Of a DNA stretch of 53,393 nt, positions 19,593 through 28,942 are shown one piece after another. How positions within the stretch are numbered: position 1 is the stretch's first letter; each line of letters begins with the position of its first letter. Position numbers and translations under genes: made by a program. Source of the DNA: Lachnospiraceae bacterium (GTDB lineage: Bacteria > Bacillota_I > Bacilli_A > RFN20 > CAG-826); the NCBI GenBank assembly GCA_963661135.1, contig CAVKZO010000003.1, positions 1 through 53,393 of the forward strand, read 5' to 3'. The notes below the pieces were generated by a model. It made no database searches. It was not told the DNA's origin and was given only the letters and a program-made list of their open reading frames with translations.

Positions 19593-19598
19593 AATTAA

Positions 19599-19607
19599 AT
19601 TATAACA
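19599..19607 (-). promoter_or_regulatory. Extended -10 promoter element for the pheST leader
   Basis: The minus strand reads TGTTATAAT (TGnTATAAT). The -35 hexamer is weak. Confidence 0.45.
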
Positions 19608-19641
19608 AATTTAAACTTCAAATAAAGAGGAAACTCCCACT

Positions 19642-21093
19642 TTATTTTATTGATTTATATAATTCAATATATTTTAAAGCGCTATTTTCCCAAGAATGAG
19701 TTAAACTCATAGCGTTTTTAACTAATTTTAAATGCAAATTATGCTTTGTTAAATACGTATTTATAGCTTCTCCACAAGCCATGATGCAACTAGATGGATC
19801 CAATCTTTCAAAACCGAATCCATTAGCTTTATTTTCAATTGAATCATCAGAAATATAATTATAAGGAACTACTGTGTCTTTAAGTCCACCAGTAAGTCTA
19901 ACAATTGGTAAAGTTCCGTAACTTTGAGCGATCATTTGAGATAATCCACATGGTTCAAATGCGCTTGGCATAAGTAAAAAATCGCTTGCTGCATATACTT
20001 TATGAGCTAATTCTTCATTATATCCAATAAATACAGCAACATGCTTACTATTTCTTCTAGATAACTCTAAAAACATATCTTCAGCATGTTTTTCTCCACT
20101 TCCAATTATAATTACATTACTTCCTGTATAAGATAAATATTCAGTTGAATCATACATTAAATTAAGCCCTTTTTGGTCGGATAATCTAGAGATAATACAT
20201 ACAAGAGGTAATTCAGGATTTAAATTATATTTTTTACAAACTTCAACTTTATTAACTTTTTTCCCGTTTATAAAAGAAGAAATAGAATATTTTTTATATA
20301 TCAATTTATCTTTAGAAGGATTGAAAAATTCAATATCCATACCATTTAATATTCCGACAAAATCATCTTTCCTTAATGTTAAATCGTAAGATAATCCTTT
20401 ACTTCCTTCTTGAGTTAATAACTCATCGTGATGTGAAGGACTCACTGTAGTGATTTTATTTGCGTATACGATACCAGCTTTTAAGGTAGAAACTTGATCG
20501 TCTAATCTAACTTTACCTTCATCATATAATTTAACTGGTAAATTGTATAAATCGAATAAAGAATCTTTATTGAGATATCCTTTAAATAAAGGATTATGAA
20601 TCGTTAATACAGTTTTTATATTTTTAAAAACACCATTCTCTTTTAAATTCATATCCATATTTTTAATTAAACATGGGATCATCGCTACTTGATGATCATT
20701 TACATGAACTATATCAACCAAAAATGGTAATTTTTTAATCAATTCAATAATTGCATTAGAAAAATAAGCAAATCTTTCTCCATCATTATAATATCCATAA
20801 TAGTTGTCATTTTTAAAATAAGTATCATTTTCTACAAAATAAAAATCTATCTTATCTTTATATAAATGATATACATTTGTTTCAATGTTTCTCCAATTCA
20901 TTTTAACATTAAACGAATAGATCTTTTTAACACCTATTAACTTCTCTTTATCTTGTTTTTTATAATAAGGTAAAACAATGGATACTGAATGTTTTAATTT
21001 AGCATATTCTTTAGCTAAACTATAGACAACATCAGCTAATCCACCTGTTTTAAAAAATGGTAAACTCTCAGAAGAGCACAATAATATATTCAT
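19642..21093 (-). CDS. glgA: Glycogen synthase (ADP-glucose type)
   Basis: The 483-aa product has the N-terminal KTGGLADV motif. Its ATG overlaps the glgD stop (TAATG). Confidence 0.93.
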   Translation of the reverse strand: MNILLCSSESLPFFKTGGLADVVYSLAKEYAKLKHSVSIVLPYYKKQDKEKLIGVKKIYSFNVKMNWRNIETNVYHLYKDKIDFYFVENDTYFKNDNYYGYYNDGERFAYFSNAIIELIKKLPFLVDIVHVNDHQVAMIPCLIKNMDMNLKENGVFKNIKTVLTIHNPLFKGYLNKDSLFDLYNLPVKLYDEGKVRLDDQVSTLKAGIVYANKITTVSPSHHDELLTQEGSKGLSYDLTLRKDDFVGILNGMDIEFFNPSKDKLIYKKYSISSFINGKKVNKVEVCKKYNLNPELPLVCIISRLSDQKGLNLMYDSTEYLSYTGSNVIIIGSGEKHAEDMFLELSRRNSKHVAVFIGYNEELAHKVYAASDFLLMPSAFEPCGLSQMIAQSYGTLPIVRLTGGLKDTVVPYNYISDDSIENKANGFGFERLDPSSCIMACGEAINTYLTKHNLHLKLVKNAMSLTHSWENSALKYIELYKSIK

Positions 21094-22217
21094 TAAATAA
21101 TACTTCCCCCTTTTATATAAAGCGGTTCATCAAATGTTCCTTCTAAATGAGTTGAACTTTTAAAAACACATCTTTTATTAGCTACAACATTCTTTAAATG
21201 AACTCCACTTTTAACGATAGTATGTGAAAATAATATACAATTCTCTACACTAGCTCCATCTTCAACAATGACATCACGAGCTAAAATTGAATTTTTAACT
21301 GTTCCTGCAATACTGCTTCCGTTTGCTAAAATTGAGGAAGAGACATCCGCATGTTCTCCATAAAGTACAGGTCTAGAATTATGAGTTGTAGTGTAAATAT
21401 AAACATCTTTTGCTTTTAAAAATACATTATCTTCACCTTGTTCTAATAGTAACATTTGATTCTTAAAATATTTTTGGAACGAATTAAAGCACATTACTTC
21501 TTTTGTAAATGGTATACAATTAACTTTATTGTACATTTTATTATAATATTTAATCATATCTTTAATTGAATAAATATCACTAACTTTACTTGATTCTCTA
21601 ATTAATTCATCGAAGAAATCTCTATTAAAGATATAAATATCTAAGTTGACATTAAATTTACTATTTTTATCTTTATCTTGAATTTTTAAAAATTTTTGAG
21701 CGTTTCCAATAGCGTCTATTACGACCTTTTCACATCCTGAAAACATATTTACATCGCTTGTTTCTTTATAAACTAAACTGCAATCAGCTCCTTTTTCAAT
21801 ATGTTTTTCTAATACTTCTTGGAAATTAATATCTAATAAAAAATGGACTGGAGCAACAATTACGTAATCTGATTCATTATCATATAATAAATAATCGTTC
21901 TCTTTTAAATTATTGATATCAGTATTATATAAAGGATTTTGAGCACCATATTCATTAACCAACATCGAAAGGAATCCAGTTTTACTATTTTTTAAATATG
22001 TCGAATCTCGTGAAATATGTTTTGCAATATTTCTTCCGTGATCCTTAACTAAAACTGCTATATCATCAATCTCACTATTTGTAAAACAACTCAAAATAAA
22101 ATCGATGAAAGTATATCTACATAAAATTGTAGTGACAGCTTGAGGACGATTTTCTGTTAATTGCCCTAATGAAACGTCGTTATGTAAATCAACTAAACCT
22201 AAAACTTTATTAAGCAT
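21093..22217 (-). CDS. glgD: Glucose-1-phosphate adenylyltransferase, GlgD (non-catalytic) subunit
   Basis: The 374-aa product has a nucleotidyltransferase-like fold plus a left-handed beta-helix C-terminus, but it lacks the GGxGxRL motif. It lies between glgC and glgA, as in Firmicutes. Confidence 0.85.
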   Translation of the reverse strand: MLNKVLGLVDLHNDVSLGQLTENRPQAVTTILCRYTFIDFILSCFTNSEIDDIAVLVKDHGRNIAKHISRDSTYLKNSKTGFLSMLVNEYGAQNPLYNTDINNLKENDYLLYDNESDYVIVAPVHFLLDINFQEVLEKHIEKGADCSLVYKETSDVNMFSGCEKVVIDAIGNAQKFLKIQDKDKNSKFNVNLDIYIFNRDFFDELIRESSKVSDIYSIKDMIKYYNKMYNKVNCIPFTKEVMCFNSFQKYFKNQMLLLEQGEDNVFLKAKDVYIYTTTHNSRPVLYGEHADVSSSILANGSSIAGTVKNSILARDVIVEDGASVENCILFSHTIVKSGVHLKNVVANKRCVFKSSTHLEGTFDEPLYIKGGSII

Positions 22218-23350
22218 TATTGTAACTCCCTTTCTTTATCGATTAAAATTATTGAATCGCTATCTTTATTGACGACTTCATTCTCTTCAATTTCAGTTCC
22301 TGGACCAAGAATAGCATTATTTACAAAAGCATTTTTACCAATGATAACTCCAGGCATAAGAACGCTTCTTCTTACGATTGCTCCTTTTTCGATAGTAACT
22401 TCATTAGAGATTACACACTCTTCAACGTTACCTAAAATATAAGCGCCTTGATTGATTAAACAATCTTTAATCTTTGCATCTTTTCCGATATATTGAGGAC
22501 GAGATTTTGTATCTTCGCTAAAAACTTGTGGAAAAGTATTAAAAGCGATAGTATTTTCTTTTCTTCTTGAAGGTAATAACTCCATATTTGCTTCGTGTAA
22601 AGAATTTAAAGTACCGACATCTTTCCAATATCCTTTAAATCTATACGCGATAACTTTTTTGTTTTGTTTAAGTAAATTAGGGATGATATTCTTGCCAAAG
22701 TCATGATCAGATTTAGGATCTTTATGGTCTTCAATCAATGCTTTTTTAAGTGATTTATAAGTAAAAACATAAATTCCCATGCTAGCTAAATTACTCTTTG
22801 GTTCTTTAGGTTTTTCAACAAATTTTGTAATATTATCGACATTATCAACTTCTAAAATCCCAAATCTAGAAGCTTCTTCGATAGGTACTTCTAATACGCT
22901 AATCGTACAATCCGCTTTAGCTTTAATATGAGTTGCAATCATATCTTTATAAGTTGTTTTATAAATATGGTCTCCACTTAAAATTAAAACATATTCAGGT
23001 TCTTCACCATCTAAAAAGTCTAAATTTTTATAAATCGCGTCTGCTGTACCATCGTACCAGTTAGCACCTTCTTCAGTTTGTCTAGGAGGTAAAGCTAAAC
23101 ATACATTATCAACTCCATCAAAACCCCAAATTTCTCCATTTGAGACGTAACTATTTAAGACAACTGATTCATATTGCGTTAAAACTCCAACACAATCGAT
23201 TGAAGAATTAGCGACATTCGACAAGCAAAAATCGATAATACGATATTTCCCTCCAAAATAAACGGCAGGCTTAGCAACTTTTTTTGTTAAAGCCTGAAGC
23301 CTAGTTCCTTTTCCACCAGCCAAAATCATCGCGACGACTTTTCTTGCCAT
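22217..23350 (-). CDS. glgC: Glucose-1-phosphate adenylyltransferase
   Basis: It has the ILAGGKGTRL motif. I place the start at ATG 23350 (MARKVVAMILAGG), 7 nt after AAGGAG (23357-23362). The ORF-track start at 23380 would overlap the upstream gene by 20 nt and has no SD. Confidence 0.94.
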   Translation of the reverse strand: MARKVVAMILAGGKGTRLQALTKKVAKPAVYFGGKYRIIDFCLSNVANSSIDCVGVLTQYESVVLNSYVSNGEIWGFDGVDNVCLALPPRQTEEGANWYDGTADAIYKNLDFLDGEEPEYVLILSGDHIYKTTYKDMIATHIKAKADCTISVLEVPIEEASRFGILEVDNVDNITKFVEKPKEPKSNLASMGIYVFTYKSLKKALIEDHKDPKSDHDFGKNIIPNLLKQNKKVIAYRFKGYWKDVGTLNSLHEANMELLPSRRKENTIAFNTFPQVFSEDTKSRPQYIGKDAKIKDCLINQGAYILGNVEECVISNEVTIEKGAIVRRSVLMPGVIIGKNAFVNNAILGPGTEIEENEVVNKDSDSIILIDKERELQ

Positions 23351-23360
23351 ATTTTTCTCC

Positions 23361-26300
23361 TTATTTTTCTGCTTTTTCAAAAAGTTTTACAAAACTTCTA
23401 TTTTTATCATGTAACACGACGAGTGTTTCATCAACTAATTCAGAGATTTTACTTACCTTATCACTAGGAGCGCTGAGAATAACTTGAAGATTGAATTTCT
23501 TTAAAAGTCTAACTGCTTCTTTAAATCTTGTAGGGTCCATTTTTGAGAAGGCTTCATCAAAGATTATAAGTCTAGTTGTATTTGCAATCTCCCCTTCTTC
23601 ATTTGCATGATAAAGTTGAGAGAACGAAGCTAAAATAGCAATGTAGAATGGAGTTTGAGTTTCACCTCCAGATTTCTTTTTAATCATCTTAGAAAGACGT
23701 TGTTCTTCACCAGTCTCATTATTTGTGACTATTAAATCGAAATCTAAATAGCTTCTATAATCTGTGAATTTTTCAATATTTGCTATTAAATCTTGATTCT
23801 TTTTGCTTTCTCCATCACCAACATCGACGATTTGTCTAAATAAATCTTCCATTACATCTTTGTATTTTGTGATGTATTCACTTTCATCTTCTCCAGTTTC
23901 AAGAAGAAGATCGTCTTTTAGCATATCATAATATCTTCTATATACTTGACTTGGTTTAACAGTGAATCTATATGTATCTTTACCGAATACCGATTGAGCT
24001 AAAGCATCGTTTAAATTGTTGATTTGATCTTCAGCATCTTCGATAGCATTTCTTAATTTAAAGATGAAGTCGTCTTTAAATTGTTGTGTTGCTTTATGGT
24101 AACTATCGATAATTTTTTCTTTATATGAAGGAAGTTTAACTTCTTTAAAATCATTTAATTCATTGTCGAATTCTGTATTTTCTTCATTTTCAACATTATA
24201 TGATAAGTGATATGTAGAAGTGTATTCTCTTCTAGCCTTGACAAGACCTGTGAATAAATTATTTACAATATATTGAAGACGAGATAATTGAGCTGAGAAT
24301 AATGAGAATATTTCAATATTATTCTTCCCTTCTTCTTTCATTTTTTCAAATATAGGCATAGCATCATCATCGATCATAAATTGATCGTAGTTTGATTGAA
24401 GATTTGTTTCACGTTGTTTAACGTTAGCTTCTTCAGTTAACATCTTATCTTCTTTAATTTGCTTATTTTCAGTGATTAAGTTACCTTTTTCAATCAATGA
24501 TTTTTCTTTATCATCTTCGATAGCTCTAATATCATCTTCGATATCTTTAATTCTTCTATCTAAAGATTCAAGCAATGTTGTATCGTGTTCACTAAGTTGC
24601 TCTTCAACATACTTTAATGTTTCTTTTAATCCATCTAAAGAAGAAATCTTGTTGATTCTAGAAATGATTGTATCAATTTCGACATTAGATAAAATTTCTA
24701 ATTGGTTAGCGTTTGTAATCGTATCAGATAATTTTCTATAGTAATTTAAATTAGCGATATTATCTTTAAGTTGATTACTTTTTTCAGCAAAAAATCTATC
24801 GCTAACATTTCTACCGATATAAGATTCTTGATATAATCTTGGATTCATTTTTGTCAAAGCGAAATTACGATATAAATCGCATTCTTTTGTGATACCGTTT
24901 CCAAATTCTCTAGCTTCTTTAGCATCTTTTGCTTTATAAAGTCTTCCAATTAAGAAATTAGCGTAAGCTCTAGCGCCTTCATCATCAGTTATAATTTCTT
25001 CAGCTAAAGATTGAGCTTCACAATTATAATCTCTTTCGATAATTCTTTCTTGGTCGACTAAAGCGATGCCGTAAACTCCGTATTGAGATAACAATCTTCT
25101 TAAAATAGAATAAGCATCTAAATAATATTTAGGAGCTACGAAAAGATTAAATTTTTGATTGTATAAATATCCTTCGATAGCATTTGACCAAGATAAATCT
25201 TTAATATCAATCAAATCTGCAAAAATATTAACTTCGATATTTTTTCCATATTTTTCTTCCAATTGTTTTTCAAGTTCTTCTTTGATTGTTAATAAAGATC
25301 TATTGTAAGGCTTATGGCCCATCTTCATATTAGATTCTTCATCTTTCAAGCTTCTAATCTTCTTTTCTAATGTGCTTATTGATCTAGCTAAAGAAATCGC
25401 TAATGTGGATACTTTTTGTTTAAAAGAAGTCATTTTAATTTTTAATTCTTTTAATTCTTCTTCGGTGATATTGATGATTCCATCAGCGCATTTAGATGCA
25501 AAATCACCCATATATTTAAATGTTAATTTAGCTTCATCGATTAATGCGTTAATCTCTTCAAGTTTATCTTCATCGACGCTTTCCTTATTAATTAAGGATA
25601 GGTTATCTAAAATGCTTTTTGCATTCTCTTTATAATTTTCAACATATTTTGAAAGCGAATATGTAACTTTGACGATCGAATCCTCGATAAGTTTAATTTC
25701 ATCTTCACTCTCTTTCTTTTGTTTATATAAATCTTCGGTTAATTTTTGAGTTGAATTGCTAGCTTTATCTTGGATTAAAGCAATCTTTTTTCTATTTAAA
25801 GTCGCTAAATTCTCACCAAAATCAGCAAGTTCTAAATCGATTTGGTTAATTCTTTCTTCGTTTCTTTCAATTTGTTCTTTATATAATTTTAGTTTTTCTT
25901 TGCTTTGTTCTAATTGACATTTTTCGACAATATATTGAGCAATAATATAGTTTTTCTTATTATCTTTATAAGAGTTAAAAAGCTTTTCAACTTCTTCGAG
26001 TTTAGCGATTCTTTCTTCGATAGCTTTAGCTTCTTCCTCTAATCTTTTATATTCTAAAATATTTTCTTGAAGAACATCTAAATTGATATTAGCTTGAGGA
26101 TCGCAAACATATTCTGTGATAAATGTTGTAATATCAGTAATTGGAGTGAATGATGTAGCTTTCTTTAAAAGTCCAAAATATTTATCTTTCAATCCGCCAA
26201 ATTTCTTCTTTAAGAAATCTTGATATGCTCTATTTGAATCAAAAAATTGATAGTTACCATTATAATTTTCATTAAAGAATTTTGATAACATTTTATATTC

Positions 26301-26738
26301 CATCGGAATATTATCTTTAATAAATTCGTTTTCTGGGATTTTATCATCTAAACAAAAATATCTATGTTCTTCACTTCCATCATCATAAGAATCGAAAACG
26401 ATACCCATAGTGAAATCTGTATTATTTATATCATTATGAAATTCAAGTGCGATATAAGAAGTGAATCTTCCATTACGTAAATATTTAAAACCACCATCGA
26501 TCGTATCACCGATTTCACCTTTTAAGTAGCCTCTTAAAGTACGAGCAGGTTTATCCATAGCAGCTTTGTTAAAAAATCTACCAGTTGTATCACCTAAAAG
26601 AACAATTTGTAAAGCATCGATTAAAGTTGATTTACCACTAGCGTTAGCACCAGTTAAGAAAACTAAAGGCTTGACTTCGATTGTCTCGTTCCAAAAATAG
26701 TGCCAATTTATAATTTTAATTTTTGTTAAAAGTTTCAT
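23361..26738 (-). CDS. SMC-like ABC ATPase of the MksB/JetC type (1125 aa)
   Basis: The N-terminal Walker A is LTGANASGKSTLIDALQIVLLGD. Two long Glu/Lys/Leu-rich coiled-coil stretches flank a globular hinge-like block (about aa 500-640: LSWSNAIEGYLYNQKFNLFVAP...YIGRN). The C-terminus has KKKSGGETQTPFYIAILASF plus the Walker B RLIIFDEAFSKMD. An AGGAGG SD is present. Confidence 0.8.
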   Translation of the reverse strand: MKLLTKIKIINWHYFWNETIEVKPLVFLTGANASGKSTLIDALQIVLLGDTTGRFFNKAAMDKPARTLRGYLKGEIGDTIDGGFKYLRNGRFTSYIALEFHNDINNTDFTMGIVFDSYDDGSEEHRYFCLDDKIPENEFIKDNIPMEYKMLSKFFNENYNGNYQFFDSNRAYQDFLKKKFGGLKDKYFGLLKKATSFTPITDITTFITEYVCDPQANINLDVLQENILEYKRLEEEAKAIEERIAKLEEVEKLFNSYKDNKKNYIIAQYIVEKCQLEQSKEKLKLYKEQIERNEERINQIDLELADFGENLATLNRKKIALIQDKASNSTQKLTEDLYKQKKESEDEIKLIEDSIVKVTYSLSKYVENYKENAKSILDNLSLINKESVDEDKLEEINALIDEAKLTFKYMGDFASKCADGIINITEEELKELKIKMTSFKQKVSTLAISLARSISTLEKKIRSLKDEESNMKMGHKPYNRSLLTIKEELEKQLEEKYGKNIEVNIFADLIDIKDLSWSNAIEGYLYNQKFNLFVAPKYYLDAYSILRRLLSQYGVYGIALVDQERIIERDYNCEAQSLAEEIITDDEGARAYANFLIGRLYKAKDAKEAREFGNGITKECDLYRNFALTKMNPRLYQESYIGRNVSDRFFAEKSNQLKDNIANLNYYRKLSDTITNANQLEILSNVEIDTIISRINKISSLDGLKETLKYVEEQLSEHDTTLLESLDRRIKDIEDDIRAIEDDKEKSLIEKGNLITENKQIKEDKMLTEEANVKQRETNLQSNYDQFMIDDDAMPIFEKMKEEGKNNIEIFSLFSAQLSRLQYIVNNLFTGLVKARREYTSTYHLSYNVENEENTEFDNELNDFKEVKLPSYKEKIIDSYHKATQQFKDDFIFKLRNAIEDAEDQINNLNDALAQSVFGKDTYRFTVKPSQVYRRYYDMLKDDLLLETGEDESEYITKYKDVMEDLFRQIVDVGDGESKKNQDLIANIEKFTDYRSYLDFDLIVTNNETGEEQRLSKMIKKKSGGETQTPFYIAILASFSQLYHANEEGEIANTTRLIIFDEAFSKMDPTRFKEAVRLLKKFNLQVILSAPSDKVSKISELVDETLVVLHDKNRSFVKLFEKAEK

Positions 26739-26749
26739 AATCTCCTCCT

Positions 26750-27400
26750 TTAATTACCTTTATTTTCATCTAATAAAGGAGTTTGATCATCGCTATTTAA
26801 TTCATCTAATGCGTTGCTCATAGCAATAATTTTTTCATTATCTATAGCGTAAATTATGCTTGGTAAAATATAAAAAGATACATTGCCTTCATCGTAACTT
26901 CCGCTAACTTTAGAAATGATATTGTGATTTGCCATAAAACGTAAAGAACGGCCAATTAATCTACCAGTGATCTTTTTTCCTGGCATTTGAATACCATGAT
27001 CTAACATCATCTTTATTAAACTTGGTGTAGTCATATAAATCGATTGAGATGAACTATTTCCATTCTCTTGTTTTTCATCTTCATAAATCAATCTAAGAGT
27101 AAATAAAATTAAAGATGTTTCTCTATCGATTCTTATACGATTATCTTCATATTCATTATATAAAGAGAAAACTCCTAAAATTAAATCTTTATTTAAAACC
27201 CAACCAGCAAACTTTAAATAATCGTTGATCAGGTCATAATGTCTTTCTACAAATCTAAAATCAGGATTGACTCTAATAAGTTTTTCTCTATTATCAAAAA
27301 CATCTCTAACAATAAAACCTTTGAGCAATAATTTATTTACAATCTCAGCGAACTTTGTTTGATCGCTTCCGCTTAATTTAGAAAAATCTTCACTAAACAT
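26750..27400 (-). CDS. MksE/JetB-like (DUF4194-like) small subunit, 216 aa
   Basis: Its size, its position between the A-like and C-like genes, and its sequence pattern (IVNKLLLKGFIVRD...FVERHYDLINDYLKFAGWVLNKDLILGVFSL...ETSLILFTLRLIYED) resemble DUF4194. This was not confirmed with an HMM. Confidence 0.6.
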   Translation of the reverse strand: MFSEDFSKLSGSDQTKFAEIVNKLLLKGFIVRDVFDNREKLIRVNPDFRFVERHYDLINDYLKFAGWVLNKDLILGVFSLYNEYEDNRIRIDRETSLILFTLRLIYEDEKQENGNSSSQSIYMTTPSLIKMMLDHGIQMPGKKITGRLIGRSLRFMANHNIISKVSGSYDEGNVSFYILPSIIYAIDNEKIIAMSNALDELNSDDQTPLLDENKGN

Positions 27401-27402
27401 AC

Positions 27403-28842
27403 TTACTCTCCTTTACTATCGATACTATCTTTTTTATGAAATATAAAATTTGGAATGATATATCCATGATTTAAAATTTTACTATTATCACCATATTCGA
27501 TATAGTAGAAGCAATCTGGATCATCTTTTTTAACTGTTGCTAAAATAAGCAAAATAAATGCATCGTGATTTAATAATGGAATATCTTCACTTTTAACGTT
27601 ATCTGCACCATTAAAAGCACTATTCATAAATTCATAAACTCTTTCATCGTTATATGAATCTAATGTTTCATTTAAGAAGTTTTGCATAATGATATCACTA
27701 GCTTCTTCAAAATCAACGATTCCTAACGGGACACCTTCCTCTTTATATTTTCTTAATAATGGTAAAGTGACAGATTTACTATCGATATAACCTTGTTCAT
27801 AGTAGCTTAAACAATCTTGCATACCAGAAAGAATCTTAGCTAATTCTCTTCCATTATTTAAACTCTTACCATAGTGTTTAAAAATATTTTCTAAATGTCC
27901 TCTAATAGTCTTATCAGTGTTATTTAAATACAAAATCTTATTTGCACTACTTTTTGTATAAACGTTATTTTCTTTATCGATGTTACTAATCAAACTATTG
28001 ATTGTATCGTAAGTATCGCAAATATAGTTGATCATCGTAATAATTTCATTCTCTAATTTACTCTTATCAGATTCGTGTTTAATGACGCTAGCTTGCATAA
28101 CTAATTTTTCTCTAGTTTCTTTATCTTTTAACCACTTTTCAAGAATCCTAATGATAGGTTTTTTAAATTTTGCAACACTATCAAATGTTTTTAAAGGGTG
28201 ATAATATCTATCGCTAACTTTGTGCTTATATAAATCAAAATAATCATGTAAAACTTTATTTGTATGGAATGTTTTCCCTAATCTATTTTGATAAATTCTA
28301 ATCGTATGAACGATGGTCATCAATTCTAATTTTAATTTTTTAGTAGTCGTATATGCTCTTTCTAAAGTTGTAAAGAACAATTCATCTTTTTCTTCATCTT
28401 CAAGTTTTAATTCCGAATATGTTGAGTGAACTAAACTAACATATGGAGACTCTTCATCGTTGATGATATCTTTCATTCCCTTAAGTAAAAATATTGAATA
28501 TGTAGGAAGAATTACAGTTTCTTCAAAAGTTTCAGGATCGATAGCGATATCAATCCAACCAGTCTCTTCTAATCTTCTTACGATAAAACTAGCTTTGCTT
28601 GAAAGATTATCTAAAATAAGAGTCGAATCATCTTCACCATCAAACTCTTCATCTTCAAAATTAAAATCGATCAAATTTTTGTTTTTATCTTTTAAAGTTT
28701 TTATAAAATCATTTCTAGAAATTAAAGATTCATCATTCTCGAATAAGTCATATAACGTCATCAAACTTTCAGCGTAAATACTCTTATTTTTTCCGCTGAA
28801 TATTTGAAAGTAATTATCTGGTAAAATATTAAATAAATTCAT
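27403..28842 (-). CDS. MksF/JetA-like putative kleisin subunit, 479 aa
   Basis: It is the first gene of the trio and ends 2 nt before the B-like gene. The size matches JetA/MksF. I recognise no diagnostic motif, so the call rests mainly on operon context. Confidence 0.45.
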   Translation of the reverse strand: MNLFNILPDNYFQIFSGKNKSIYAESLMTLYDLFENDESLISRNDFIKTLKDKNKNLIDFNFEDEEFDGEDDSTLILDNLSSKASFIVRRLEETGWIDIAIDPETFEETVILPTYSIFLLKGMKDIINDEESPYVSLVHSTYSELKLEDEEKDELFFTTLERAYTTTKKLKLELMTIVHTIRIYQNRLGKTFHTNKVLHDYFDLYKHKVSDRYYHPLKTFDSVAKFKKPIIRILEKWLKDKETREKLVMQASVIKHESDKSKLENEIITMINYICDTYDTINSLISNIDKENNVYTKSSANKILYLNNTDKTIRGHLENIFKHYGKSLNNGRELAKILSGMQDCLSYYEQGYIDSKSVTLPLLRKYKEEGVPLGIVDFEEASDIIMQNFLNETLDSYNDERVYEFMNSAFNGADNVKSEDIPLLNHDAFILLILATVKKDDPDCFYYIEYGDNSKILNHGYIIPNFIFHKKDSIDSKGE

Positions 28843-28870
28843 CTTTTCAAAAATCCTATTAACAATAAAA

Positions 28871-28899
28871 ATTATATCTAAAAACCTATTCTTTTTAAA
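28871..28899 (-). promoter_or_regulatory. Putative promoter of the jetA-like gene
   Basis: The minus strand reads TTTAAA (28894-28899), a 17-nt spacer, then TATAAT (28871-28876). The -35 hexamer is overlapped by a 7+2+7 palindrome (28888-28903). Confidence 0.4.
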
Positions 28900-28942
28900 G
28901 AATAAAGTTGTCTTTTTATATTGTTTCTAATATTATTTTTAT

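Noticed and set aside
23351-23360. A possible decayed jetD remnant between the SMC-like ATPase gene and glgC.
   Set aside because: Only 10 nt separate the two genes. glgC is an intact canonical gene, so no pseudogene fragment can be hidden there.
23351-23380. The longer glgC start from the ORF track (MKKQKNKEKNMARK...).
   Set aside because: It would overlap the upstream gene by 20 nt and has no SD. The internal ATG at 23350 has a perfect AAGGAG at the right spacing and yields the conserved N-terminus next to the GGKGTRL motif.
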